DNA of 64,000 bases, taken from NCBI GenBank assembly GCA_049472335.1, contig JBLIRO010000005.1, forward strand, positions 1-64,000, in the 5' to 3' direction. The first letter of the stretch is position 1. Each line of letters starts with the position of its first letter. Position numbers and translations under genes: made by a program. The notes under the pieces were generated by a model, which made no database searches, was not told where the DNA came from, and worked only from the letters and a program-made list of their open reading frames with translations. Shown one piece after another: positions 49,076 through 59,258 of this stretch. Source of the stretch: a bacterium. Its GTDB lineage: Bacteria > SZUA-182 > DTGQ01 > JAFGSM01.

Positions 49076-49393
49076 TTAAGAATCTTCTTCTATTTCGGAT
49101 TCTTGACCTCCATAACCACTCCACGGTGCAGCTTTCCTTTTTCCGAGCAAAAATCGTCCTTTTATTTTTTCATCTTCCCTCCATATAAGATAAATACGAT
49201 CTAGTTTACTAAAGCTAACATTATCTAATAAATCCTTTTTCAACTCTTCAATTAAATTCTTAGAAAATTCATAATACAAGACAGCTATACTGGTACCGCA
49301 TTCTTTTGCTTCGTGATTATCTAACCATGCGTAAAAACCTTCATAATCTCCTTTTACACCTAGGTCATAGGAAATCCAAATAAGTGGCTTCAT
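49076..49393 (-). CDS. Small hypothetical protein with Cas2/VapD-like N-terminus, partner of the PIN gene
   Basis: IWISYDL first-strand motif, GAAAGGA RBS, 1-bp gap to the PIN gene, acidic C-tail. Confidence 0.6.
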   Translation of the reverse strand: MKPLIWISYDLGVKGDYEGFYAWLDNHEAKECGTSIAVLYYEFSKNLIEELKKDLLDNVSFSKLDRIYLIWREDEKIKGRFLLGKRKAAPWSGYGGQESEIEEDS

Positions 49394-49462
49394 ATATGTT
49401 CCTTTCAAATTTGATGGATAATAATAATTATGTCCTAAAATATATTCACAACAAGTTATAAG

Positions 49463-49613
49463 AAAGTGTCTAAATTATCTAAAGTGTCAAGTGCCTAAAG
49501 TTAAAGAAAAATTTCTCAAATCAAAAATATTGGCAAGTTTGCTACAGGATTTATTCCAACTTATAGGTTTGCTTTCCAGACACTGCAAAATCACGTGATT
49601 TAACTTTAGATAC
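49463..49613. repeat. REP/MITE-like element with TGCCTAAAG-type motifs
   Basis: Degenerate tandem AAAGTGTCTAAA/ATCTAAAGTG/GTGCCTAAAGTTAAA (49491-49505) with an inverted partner TTTAACTTTAGATAC (49599-49613, 13/15 match). Confidence 0.5.
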
Positions 49614-49629
49614 CTTAACGCGTTTTCTT

Positions 49630-50484
49630 TTAATCTAATTCCAAGCTAAGATCAACTGCAGGAGCGGAATGAGTCAAAGCCCCTATGGAAATCAGATCAA
49701 CGCCGGTTTGAGCTATCTCCAGGATATTCTCCAAGTTGATCCCCCCTGACGCTTCAACAAGCATCCTCCCATTGATCATTTTTACGGCTTCAACCATAGC
49801 AGGGACAGGCATATTATCTAAAAGAACTGCCTCTATTCCAAGTCTCAAGCACTCCCCGACCTGTTCAAGGGTCTCAACCTCAACTTCTATACGCCAAAGA
49901 TGAGGGATATTTCTTCTTATCATTTCAACCGCCTTCGTAATACCGCCAGCAAGATGAATATGATTATCCTTGATAAGACAGCCATCGTTAAGACCAAACC
50001 TATGATTTAGCCCGCCTCCGCAGAGTACCGCATATTTTTCAAGGGCACGCAGTCCTGGAGTTGTTTTGCGGGTATCCACAATTCTGGCTTTTGTTCCGGC
50101 AACCTTATCCACATACTGACTTGTGAGTGTAGCGATTCCGGAAAGTCTTTGTATGAAATTGAGAGCCGTCCTTTCAGCCGCTAAAATTACCCAAGCTTCG
50201 GCCTCTATGCGGGCAATGGGCTGACCGGTTTTTACTTTTTTACCATCACTGTTCTCTGTCATCCAATTAACAGGAGAATCAGATAAACGATCAAAGGTCT
50301 TCGCTGCAATATCCAGCCCTGCAAGAACCAGGTCTTGTTTTGAAAATATGGTAGCGTAAACCTTTTTTTGACAGGAGGTTATCCCAAAACTGGTCCTGTC
50401 CGACCATGCCCCGTCCTCTGAAAGGGCATAATCGATCAGTTCATTCAAAACTCTTTTTGATCTAAACCCTGTTTTGAGAAGCAA
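49630..50484 (-). CDS. nadC: Quinolinate phosphoribosyltransferase
   Basis: ERTALN, SGIATLT, DTRKTTPG, LIKDNH, EVEVE, LLDN, EASGGI. Start uncertain. Confidence 0.97.
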   Translation of the reverse strand: MLLKTGFRSKRVLNELIDYALSEDGAWSDRTSFGITSCQKKVYATIFSKQDLVLAGLDIAAKTFDRLSDSPVNWMTENSDGKKVKTGQPIARIEAEAWVILAAERTALNFIQRLSGIATLTSQYVDKVAGTKARIVDTRKTTPGLRALEKYAVLCGGGLNHRFGLNDGCLIKDNHIHLAGGITKAVEMIRRNIPHLWRIEVEVETLEQVGECLRLGIEAVLLDNMPVPAMVEAVKMINGRMLVEASGGINLENILEIAQTGVDLISIGALTHSAPAVDLSLELD

Positions 50485-53140
50485 TAGAATGGGTTTCCTT
50501 CAAATATCCATTGACGGTTGTCAAGATCTCTTCAAGTTTTTCTTTCTTTTTATTAAGTTCCAGGGAACGTTCTTTATCCCTCTTTACCACATCAACAGGG
50601 GCCTTGCTTATGAAATCTTCATTTGCCAGCTTTTTATGAAGGACTTCCAGGTCCTTGTTAAGCTTTTTTAATTCCTTTTTCAACCGCTCGGATTCTTCCT
50701 TAAAATTTAACACCTTTTCTAATGGAATGTATATCTCTAATTCAGGCAGTATGGCAGTAGCGGCAGTCTTAGGCCTTATTATTTCAGAACTGCATGTGAG
50801 ATTCTCCAAACGTGCCAGCGATTCGATATATTTTGCATGTTTATGAATAATTGCCGCCTTTTCCTGATTATTAGTCTTTACCATTGCTTCCAGTCGGCTC
50901 CCTGGTGAGATATTCATTTCACCTCTGATATTTCTTATAGCTTTGACTATTGACATAAGCAGAGATACCTGGTTATCCGCATCAGGATCATACCATCTTC
51001 CATCATATGCTGGCCAGGGGGCTAACATAATACTCTCCCCGCTATGGGGGATACTTTGCCAGATATGTTCAGTAAGAAACGGCATAATCGGATGAAGTAG
51101 TCTTAGTCCATATTCCAATACCGTGACAAGCGTTTCCTGCGCTGCCTGACGAGAAAGGGGATCTACTCCGGCAAGTTCATCCTTAGCCATTTCAATATAC
51201 CAATCACAGAATTCATGCCACCAAAACTGATAGAGAAGGTTAGCCATATCGTTGAATCTATATTCTATAAGCATACAAGTAACTTCTTTTATCAGGTTGT
51301 TCAGGTTGTGCAGAATCCATCTGTCCACCAGACTTTCCTGTTTTGGTTTACCAGGGGAAAATCCATCCAGATTTAACAAAACAAACCGGGAGGCGTTCCA
51401 TATTTTATTTGCAAAATGACGATATCCTTCTATCCTCTTTTCAGAAAGGCAAATATCCCTGCCCTGGGCAGTTAAGGCGGTCAAAGTAAAACGGAAAGGA
51501 TCGGTCCCATATTTCTCCATCATGAACAGAGGATCTATAACATTTCCCTTGGACTTGCTCATCTTTTGTCCTGATTCATCTCTTACGAGGGCATGAAGAT
51601 AAATATCTTTAAATGGGATTTTATCCATAAATTTAATGCCCATCATTATCATCCGCGCAACCCAGAAAAAAAGGATATCGAATCCTGTAACCATTACAGA
51701 AGTCGGATAAAAGATTTCAAGCTCTTTTGACTTGTCTGGCCATCCTAAGGTAGAAAACGGCCAGAGTGCCGAACTAAACCATGTATCCAAGACATCGGGA
51801 TCTTGTTCTATTTTTCCACTCCCACAGTATTTACATTTATCCGGGACGGTTCGGTCCACGGTTATTTCTCCGCAGTCCTGGCAATACCAGGCAGGTATAC
51901 GATGCCCCCACCATATTTGCCTTGAAATACACCAGTCACGAATGTTTAACATCCATTCAAAAAATGTGGCTTCCCAATGGGAGGGGATAATCCTTATCCT
52001 GCCATTTCTGACCACCTCCATTGCAGGCTCGGCAAGAGGAGTCATCTTTACAAACCATTGTTTTGAAACCATCGGCTCGATGACCGTATGACAACGATAG
52101 CAATGTCCCACTGAATGCTCATATGGCTCCACCTTGACAAGAAGTTCCTGCTCTTCGAGATCATCGAGCACCCTTTTCCGGCATTTATACCTATCAAGAC
52201 CTTTGTAAATACCTGCCTCTTCGGTCATCTGACCTTTTTCATCTATGGCTTTGATCATCTTCAGATCATATTTTCTGCCTATTTCAAAGTCATTTGGATC
52301 ATGGGCAGGTGTTATCTTAAGTGCTCCTGTCCCGAATTGTGGATCCACGTAAGAATCTGCAATAATGGGAATCAACCTGCCAGCAAGAGGAAGAATCACT
52401 TCTTTGCCACTCAAGTCCTTATAACGCTGATCCTCCGGATGAACAGCAACTGCGGAGTCACCGAGCATAGTCTCCGGTCTTGTAGTAGCCACAACAATAC
52501 CATTTTTACGATTTGGGAAAGGGTACTTTATATGATATAGATGCCCTTGAGTATTCTCATAGGTGACCTCAAGATCTGAAAGAGCGGTATGACATCTGGG
52601 ACACCAATTGATGATGTAATCGGCCCTGTAAATAAGGCCTTCTTGATAAAGCTGAACAAAAACCTCCTTAACAGCTTCGGAGAGGCCTTCGTCCATAGTA
52701 AATCTTTCTCTGGTCCAATCACATGATGCACCAAGCCTCTTTAGTTGTTCCGTTATCTTGTTGCCCGATTGTTTTTTCCATTTCCATACCCTTTCAATAA
52801 ACTTTTCCCGTCCTAATTTATGACGATCTATCCCCTCAGAGACAATCTGTCTTTCAACAACATTCTGAGTGGCGATTCCCGCATGATCGATGCCGAATTG
52901 CCAAAGCGTGTTATTGTCCGCCATCCTTTTCCATCGGACAAGGATATCTTGTAGTGTATTGTTTAGAGCATGGCCCATATGCAGGGAACCCGTTATATTG
53001 GGTGGAGGTATAACAATCGAAAAGTTGGGCCTTCCTTCCTTGATTATAGTCTTGAAAAGTGACTGTTCAGACCAATATTTAAACCACCTGCCTTCTATTT
53101 TTTCTGGTTCATAGGATTTATCCAATCTCTCCTCTACCAT
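50462..53140 (-). CDS. valS: Valine-tRNA ligase
   Basis: PPPNITGSLHMGHAL, WCISRQIWWGH, KMSKS, C-terminal coiled coil. Confidence 0.98.
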   Translation of the reverse strand: MVEERLDKSYEPEKIEGRWFKYWSEQSLFKTIIKEGRPNFSIVIPPPNITGSLHMGHALNNTLQDILVRWKRMADNNTLWQFGIDHAGIATQNVVERQIVSEGIDRHKLGREKFIERVWKWKKQSGNKITEQLKRLGASCDWTRERFTMDEGLSEAVKEVFVQLYQEGLIYRADYIINWCPRCHTALSDLEVTYENTQGHLYHIKYPFPNRKNGIVVATTRPETMLGDSAVAVHPEDQRYKDLSGKEVILPLAGRLIPIIADSYVDPQFGTGALKITPAHDPNDFEIGRKYDLKMIKAIDEKGQMTEEAGIYKGLDRYKCRKRVLDDLEEQELLVKVEPYEHSVGHCYRCHTVIEPMVSKQWFVKMTPLAEPAMEVVRNGRIRIIPSHWEATFFEWMLNIRDWCISRQIWWGHRIPAWYCQDCGEITVDRTVPDKCKYCGSGKIEQDPDVLDTWFSSALWPFSTLGWPDKSKELEIFYPTSVMVTGFDILFFWVARMIMMGIKFMDKIPFKDIYLHALVRDESGQKMSKSKGNVIDPLFMMEKYGTDPFRFTLTALTAQGRDICLSEKRIEGYRHFANKIWNASRFVLLNLDGFSPGKPKQESLVDRWILHNLNNLIKEVTCMLIEYRFNDMANLLYQFWWHEFCDWYIEMAKDELAGVDPLSRQAAQETLVTVLEYGLRLLHPIMPFLTEHIWQSIPHSGESIMLAPWPAYDGRWYDPDADNQVSLLMSIVKAIRNIRGEMNISPGSRLEAMVKTNNQEKAAIIHKHAKYIESLARLENLTCSSEIIRPKTAATAILPELEIYIPLEKVLNFKEESERLKKELKKLNKDLEVLHKKLANEDFISKAPVDVVKRDKERSLELNKKKEKLEEILTTVNGYLKETHSIASQNRV

Positions 53141-53155
53141 CCAAAACCTCCCCTA

Positions 53156-55405
53156 TTACCCAGAGCCAGAGCCATGCTTGATATGTTCAATCTCATCACG
53201 AATAATCTTTTCTGCAAGTTCAGGGACCATTCTCTCAACGGCCTTGGTAATTATGTTTGGGGCCGCATCAGCTAATAGTTTCGAAACAACTTCACGATTT
53301 TGATCAATCTCATCCACAATCATTTTGGCTAGCATCTTATCATCGACAACTTTAGCTATTTGTTCCTGAACCAGTTTTTTGGTCATTTCCGGAATGGACT
53401 CTTCGATCACCCTGCTCATCTGTTCCTGAACCAGTTTTTTGGTCATTTCCGGAACAGATTCTTCTATTAATTTATTCATTTGTTCCTGAAAAATATGTTT
53501 TTGCCATGTTTCCGTTTTTTCAGAATCTTGAGAAGTCTTTTCATAAGAAGATTCGGTTTGAGCAAAATTGATATCATGAAAAAAATCTCCCTGAACAGAT
53601 TTATTAAAAGCTCCACTTTGGGAAATTTCTTCTTGATCAATCTCATCTTTAGAAGGCTCTGTTTGCAGAGACTTTTCATGAAAGGCTTTCTCTTGTATTA
53701 GCTTGGTGCGTTTTACTGCCTCTTCAACCACTCTTATGGTCTCTGCTAAAGCAGCTTCAGCACTTAGTGATGGCATTGCATCATGATGAGGCTTCTCGGA
53801 AATACCCGCATCTCTAATAGGGGCGGCCTTATCCATATCCGGCTCCACTCTTATCAGCTCTTCGCTCAGAGGCGGCTCTATGCTTGATGAAGGCTCTTCA
53901 CTTACTGTGGGATCACCAACCTGTGAAGGCTCTCCACCAAGTGTCCCCTCTCCGCTTGAAGCCGGTTCTTCATTTGTTGTAAGATCACTTATATATAAAG
54001 GCTCTTCGCTTAATGTAGATTCTGCACTCTGAAACATATCCTCACTTAAGTGTGTCCCTTCAAATGGCGACTGCTCCGCTGAAGTACCTTCTTCTCTAAC
54101 AGGAGTCTCCCCGCCCAGATCAAGTTCCTCTCCTGCAAACTCTTCACTTAGTAAAGACTCTTCACTTAATGAAGGCTCTTCACTTGCTGTCGGATCACCA
54201 ACCTGTGAAGACTCTCCGCTTAAAGCCGGCTCTTCATTTGTTGTAAGATCATTTTCATATAAAGGCTCTCCGTTCAATGAAGGCTCTTCATCTATTCCCG
54301 GCTCACTTATATATGAAGGTTCTCCGCTCTGAGGTGTATCCTCACTTAAAGATGTTCCCTCAAATGGTGACTGCCCCGCTGAAGCACTTGCTTCGCTTAC
54401 AGGTGTAACCCCGCCCAGATCAAGTTCCTCTTCTGATGACTCTTCACTAAGTAAAGGCTCTTCACTTAATGGTGTATCCTCATCAAATGGCGACCGCTCC
54501 TCAGATGTCCCTGCTTCGCTTACAGGATTAACCCCGCCCAGCTCAAGTTCCTCTTCTGACAACTCTTCACTGAGTAAAGGCTCTTCAATTAATGAAGGCT
54601 CTTCAATTGCTTTCAGATCACCAACCTGTGCAGGTTCTTCGCTTAGTGTCCGCTCTCCGCTTAAAGCCATCTCTTCATTTGTTGTAAGATCATTTTCATA
54701 TAAAGGCTCTCCGCTCAATGAAGGCTCTTCATCTATTCCCGGCTTACTTGTATATGAAGGTTCTCCGCTCTGAGGTGTATCCTCACTTAAAGGCGTCCAC
54801 TCAAATGGTGACTGCCCCGCTGAAGCACTTGCTTCGCTTACAGGTGTCACTTCGCCCAGATCAATTTCACCTCCTGTCAGCTCTTCACTTAGCAAAGGCT
54901 CTCCGCTTAATAGAGTCTCATCAAATGGTGATTGCTTCTCAGGTATTTCATTATCACTTTCAGGGGCCGATATCCCTTCATCCTGAGAGCCTAAGTTTTG
55001 TGTTAAAGGATCAGAAGCGGCTGACTGTCTCGCAAAATGATATTGCACTGTGCTTAAAAATTTAGATGTTTCAAGTGGCACAGCAAGAACTCTATCCGCT
55101 TTGCATTCTTTTTCTAAAGCAAGCATTGATTCCTGACTTTCTTCATCTGTTTTTTTCACCAGTAAAATAACTGGAAACCGGGCATATTGATTTGAGGATT
55201 TCAACTCCTTACAGAGAGAAATTCCATTACCGTCTTGCATATCTCTATCTATTATTAATAAATCAGGATTTTTTGACTTCACTAATTCATAAAAATCATC
55301 CAAATCATTTGCAGGCATAATCTCATAATCTGAATCTGTCAGATTCCATTCCACTTCCTTCAATATAGTAATGCTACTGCTTCCCAGAATTATCTTCTTA
55401 CTCAT
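53156..55405 (-). CDS. RomR-like polarity protein: degenerate receiver, long acidic repetitive linker, conserved C-terminal helix
   Basis: N-terminal receiver fold (PDLLIID), E/S/P-rich repeats, C-terminal VERMVPELAEKIIRDEI like the RomR C-region, directly upstream of valS. Confidence 0.7.
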   Translation of the reverse strand: MSKKIILGSSSITILKEVEWNLTDSDYEIMPANDLDDFYELVKSKNPDLLIIDRDMQDGNGISLCKELKSSNQYARFPVILLVKKTDEESQESMLALEKECKADRVLAVPLETSKFLSTVQYHFARQSAASDPLTQNLGSQDEGISAPESDNEIPEKQSPFDETLLSGEPLLSEELTGGEIDLGEVTPVSEASASAGQSPFEWTPLSEDTPQSGEPSYTSKPGIDEEPSLSGEPLYENDLTTNEEMALSGERTLSEEPAQVGDLKAIEEPSLIEEPLLSEELSEEELELGGVNPVSEAGTSEERSPFDEDTPLSEEPLLSEESSEEELDLGGVTPVSEASASAGQSPFEGTSLSEDTPQSGEPSYISEPGIDEEPSLNGEPLYENDLTTNEEPALSGESSQVGDPTASEEPSLSEESLLSEEFAGEELDLGGETPVREEGTSAEQSPFEGTHLSEDMFQSAESTLSEEPLYISDLTTNEEPASSGEGTLGGEPSQVGDPTVSEEPSSSIEPPLSEELIRVEPDMDKAAPIRDAGISEKPHHDAMPSLSAEAALAETIRVVEEAVKRTKLIQEKAFHEKSLQTEPSKDEIDQEEISQSGAFNKSVQGDFFHDINFAQTESSYEKTSQDSEKTETWQKHIFQEQMNKLIEESVPEMTKKLVQEQMSRVIEESIPEMTKKLVQEQIAKVVDDKMLAKMIVDEIDQNREVVSKLLADAAPNIITKAVERMVPELAEKIIRDEIEHIKHGSGSG
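53361..53490. repeat. 60-bp tandem repeat (20 aa QEQMxxxIEESxPEMTKKLV)
   Basis: TGTTCCTGAACCAGTTTTTTGGTCATTTCCGGAA at 53361 and 53421, partial at 53481. Confidence 0.85.
53860..54935. repeat. Nested intragenic repeats in the RomR-like linker
   Basis: TCTTCATTTGTTGTAAGATCA at 53967, 54231 and 54672. Repeated peptides DLGGVTPVSEASASAGQSPFE, EEPSLSGEPL, DLTTNEE. Confidence 0.85.
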
Positions 55406-55540
55406 ACGTACCTCCCCCCTTATTTTTAATTAGGGTAATGTTATCAATAGATCTATAAAAAATCAAGGTTTAACAAATTATCCTTATATGATAGAATTAA
55501 AATACAAATTTATACTTTTATATACTTCATCGGCAAGAGG

Positions 55541-56293
55541 ATGACAAAAGAAAGACTGAAACATATTTTAGAACAATTACAAATCGGCCATATGTCCATA
55601 TCCCAGGTTCTGGAAGAACTTCGCTTTCTACCATATGAAAAGATCAGGCACGCGAGAATAGACCATCATCGCCTCTTTAGAACCGGTATTCCTGAAGCAA
55701 TTTTCTGTGAAGGCAAAACAACGGACCAGGTAAGATCCATAAGTCAAAAAATCCTGAACCGGGGCGGAAACTTTCTGGCCACTCGAGCAAATATTTCCTT
55801 ATTTGATTCAATAAAAGATCTTGACGAAAGAATGGTTTATCATTCACTTGCCCGAATGATAACAATGGTCCAGGAGCCTATCGTTGAGACTAAAGGATCC
55901 GTTTTATTGATTACGGCAGGAACAGGAGACATCCCGGTTGCAGAGGAGGCAAAGATCACCTGCAATTTTTTAGGCAGCAAAGTGGAAACCCTGTATGATG
56001 TTGGGGTAGCAGGAATTCATCGTCTTTTTGATGAAGAAGAGAAACTTTTTCAAGCCCGTGTAATATGTGTTGTAGCAGGTATGGAAGGGGCGCTTGCCAG
56101 TATCGTGGGGGGGATAACAAAATGTCCGATTATCGCGGTTCCAACAAGTATCGGTTATGGGGCACATTTTCAGGGACTGGCGGCACTTCTTACGATGATA
56201 AATTCCTGTGCACCAGGAATAGCAGTTGTAAATATCGATAATGGATTCGGCGCCGGATGTATGGCTCATAAAATTAACCTTATTGGTGAATAA
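55541..56293 (+). CDS. larB: Nickel-pincer cofactor biosynthesis protein LarB
   Basis: ARIDHHR..RTG.PE.IF..GKT, AGTGD, DVGVAG, AGMEGAL, PTSIGYG, VNIDNGFGA. Confidence 0.95.
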   Translation: MTKERLKHILEQLQIGHMSISQVLEELRFLPYEKIRHARIDHHRLFRTGIPEAIFCEGKTTDQVRSISQKILNRGGNFLATRANISLFDSIKDLDERMVYHSLARMITMVQEPIVETKGSVLLITAGTGDIPVAEEAKITCNFLGSKVETLYDVGVAGIHRLFDEEEKLFQARVICVVAGMEGALASIVGGITKCPIIAVPTSIGYGAHFQGLAALLTMINSCAPGIAVVNIDNGFGAGCMAHKINLIGE

Positions 56294-56308
56294 AAAGGGC
56301 CAAAGACA

Positions 56309-57508
56309 ATGAATCTTATATACGCAGATTGTTTTTCAGGAATTAGTGGAGACATGCTATTGGGAGCGTTTATTGAACTTGGAATCGACAAGGATTGGTT
56401 ACAATCGGAACTATCTTCTATAGGCATCCCTCCATTTATTTTAGAGATAAAGAAGATCATGAGGGGCGCAATCAATTGCACCCAATGCCGGATTATTGCT
56501 CAAGAACCTCAAAAGGTCAAAAGGGGTATCAGAGAGATTTCAGAACTTATTAATAAAAGCAATTTAAAACAGACCATCAAGGATCAGGCCTTAAATCTGT
56601 TCCTTATTTTAGCCGATGTGGAAGCGAAGATTCATAACATCCCTGTCACAGATGTTCATTTTCATGAATTGGGGGCCATCGACACAATTGTAGAGATTAT
56701 AGGGGTACTAATCGGATATGATTTTCTGAATATTGACAGATTTTATTCTTCTCCTCTGCCTCTCGGCCGAGGCATTATTAACACTCAACATGGTCCAATA
56801 CCTATTCCTTCACCTGCGACAGTTGAGCTGCTTAAGGATCTACCTGTTATTTTTACCGACAGTGAACATGAGTTGGTTACTCCCACTGGTGCATTACTTA
56901 TAAAACATCTTGCAAAAAAAATCGAACTTCAACCTAAAATGGTAATAAAAAAAATTGCTTATGGAGCCGGAGAAAGGGATCTTAATGAAAGGCCGAACTG
57001 TCTAAGACTCATTTGGGGTGAAACAGATAATAATCTGGAAGAAGAATATATAGAAGTAATTGAATGTGAAATAGATGATATGAATCCGGAATTTTATCCT
57101 AGATTAATGGAAGGCCTTATCAATTCCGGTGCATTGGATGTGACACTTTCTCAAATAATTATGAAAAAAGGAAGGCCCGGCGTAAAGGTAACAGTTTTAA
57201 GTGCGATTGACTCAACAAAACGCTTATCCGAGATACTCCTCACGGAAACCTCGACTATTGGTTTAAGAATAAATAAAGTTAAAAGATTTAAGGCTTCAAG
57301 AAAGGTTATAAAAATTCAAACCCAATATGGCCCTGTGAAATGCAAATGTGCATGGAAGGGCGACGATCTTATAAATATTGCACCGGAATTTGAAGATTAT
57401 TCCAAAATTTCCCGAATATATAATAGGCCGATAAAATTGGTTTATCAGGAGATCATTGCGGAGGCTCTGAAACAAATTGTAAATCTTATTGACAATAATG
57501 AAAGATAA
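56309..57508 (+). CDS. larC: Nickel insertase LarC
   Basis: DCFSGISGDM, HFHELGAIDT, ELVTPTGA, IDDMNPE, MKKGRPG, ETSTIG, PEFED. Confidence 0.95.
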   Translation: MNLIYADCFSGISGDMLLGAFIELGIDKDWLQSELSSIGIPPFILEIKKIMRGAINCTQCRIIAQEPQKVKRGIREISELINKSNLKQTIKDQALNLFLILADVEAKIHNIPVTDVHFHELGAIDTIVEIIGVLIGYDFLNIDRFYSSPLPLGRGIINTQHGPIPIPSPATVELLKDLPVIFTDSEHELVTPTGALLIKHLAKKIELQPKMVIKKIAYGAGERDLNERPNCLRLIWGETDNNLEEEYIEVIECEIDDMNPEFYPRLMEGLINSGALDVTLSQIIMKKGRPGVKVTVLSAIDSTKRLSEILLTETSTIGLRINKVKRFKASRKVIKIQTQYGPVKCKCAWKGDDLINIAPEFEDYSKISRIYNRPIKLVYQEIIAEALKQIVNLIDNNER

Positions 57509-57607
57509 TATTATAATTTCCGATTATTAAAATATTTAATAATTATAAATATCGATAAATCAACAGGTTAAATAAAGCTATCTGATAAAGTTTAGGAGAT
57601 GTAGGAT

Positions 57608-58606
57608 ATGCCAGAATTGCGGAAAGATCCGATCATTGGGCGCTGGGTTATTATAGCAACCGAAAGAGCAAGAAGACCTTCTGACTTTAAAACCGCCGAA
57701 GAAATCAAAAATACAGGATTTTGTCCTTTCTGTTACGGCAACGAAGACAAAACCCCACCTGAAGTCTTTGCTATGCGCAATCCTTCAACCTGCAGGGATA
57801 CTCCTGGCTGGTCTGTCCGTGTGGTACCCAACAAATTTCCTGCACTCGCAATAGAAGGAGGGCTTAATAGACGAGGTGACGGAGTATATGATCGGATGAA
57901 TGGCGTAGGCGCCCATGAAGTGATTATAGAAAGCCCTGATCACAACGCATGTTTTGCAGACATGTCGGAGGGTCAGATAGCTGATATTATCAGATCATTT
58001 CAAGCCAGGATCTTGGACCTGAAAAAGGATAACAGATTTAAATATATGTTGATCTTTAAAAACCATGGTAGTGCGGCAGGCGCATCACTTGACCACACCC
58101 ATTCCCAGCTCATCGCATTGCCTATAGTACCTAAAAGGGTATCAGAAGAGATCCAAGGTGCTAAAACATATTACCTCTATAAAGAAAGATGTGTATTTTG
58201 CGATATCATTCAACAAGAGGCAAATGAAAATATCAGGGTAATCAACGAAAATAATGAATTTATGTGTATTGCACCCTTTACGTCAAGATTTCCTTTTGAA
58301 TCCTGGATACTTCCAAAGACTCATGACATCTATTTTGAAGATATCAATAATCATGAGGTCATTTCACTTGCAAAAATCATGAAGGATATTTTGACGAGGA
58401 TAAAGGTAGTGCTGAACGATCCCCCCTACAATTTCTTGCTTCACTCTTCCCCTTTCTATGAAAAGGATATCAGCTTTTATCATTGGCATATAGAAATTAT
58501 TCCAAAGTTGACAAAAGTGGCAGGTTTTGAGTGGGGAACCGGTTTCTATATCAATCCGACTCCACCGGAAAGTGCCTGCGCATTTCTAAAAGAAGCCAAA
58601 ATTTAG
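57608..58606 (+). CDS. galT: Galactose-1-phosphate uridylyltransferase
   Basis: MPELRKDP, RARRP, CPFC, NKFPAL, GASLDHTHSQ, CVFC. Confidence 0.95.
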   Translation: MPELRKDPIIGRWVIIATERARRPSDFKTAEEIKNTGFCPFCYGNEDKTPPEVFAMRNPSTCRDTPGWSVRVVPNKFPALAIEGGLNRRGDGVYDRMNGVGAHEVIIESPDHNACFADMSEGQIADIIRSFQARILDLKKDNRFKYMLIFKNHGSAAGASLDHTHSQLIALPIVPKRVSEEIQGAKTYYLYKERCVFCDIIQQEANENIRVINENNEFMCIAPFTSRFPFESWILPKTHDIYFEDINNHEVISLAKIMKDILTRIKVVLNDPPYNFLLHSSPFYEKDISFYHWHIEIIPKLTKVAGFEWGTGFYINPTPPESACAFLKEAKI

Positions 58607-58930
58607 AGAATCCTGGTTTTGACCTATTTACAGAAAGCCATTTTGTCTCTTAGCTGCCTTTTTTAGATACTTAAGGCATATATCTTTACCCAAACAAGAA
58701 TGCAATTCATTCCATAAACGATTTTTAACAATTTATAAAATCTCTTTTACCTGCCAACTCTTTGAGTTAGAAAATCAATTTTAATCCATACGATTAATTG
58801 TTTCAGACGGGGAATATTTTGTTTGATGTTTGCGCAATACAAATATAGATTATTTTAAATTATTTTAAAAAATTAGTTTTTTTATTACTTATAAATGTAT
58901 TTATAAGCTTAAACATACACTCTACTATAT

Positions 58931-58946
58931 TGGCATCAAATATGCC
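58931..58946 (+). promoter_or_regulatory. Sigma-54 promoter for 59259..59924
   Basis: TGGCATCAAATATGCC = GG-N10-GC in an AT-rich spacer. Confidence 0.65.
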
Positions 58947-59258
58947 TATTTATTTAGTCGTCAAGTAAAAAAATTAAACGGCCAGCGTTTAAAAACTTTA
59001 TCCGAATTATTTTAAAACTAAACTTTGTTCTTTGTCATAAAAATATTCTTTTGTGATATTTTAAAAATTCCACCGGAATAAATCCTTTATTATATCACTT
59101 TTTTCTGATTGGATTTTCAATTAAATCAATTGATTTAAAACCCTCTGATAGAGGGGGGGTGATAGCATTTAAAACTAGTATGATTAATTAATATTATTTG
59201 CAGTAATAAATTTTATATATAATTTATAATATTTTTCTTTGGTTAGGAGGGGATTAAG

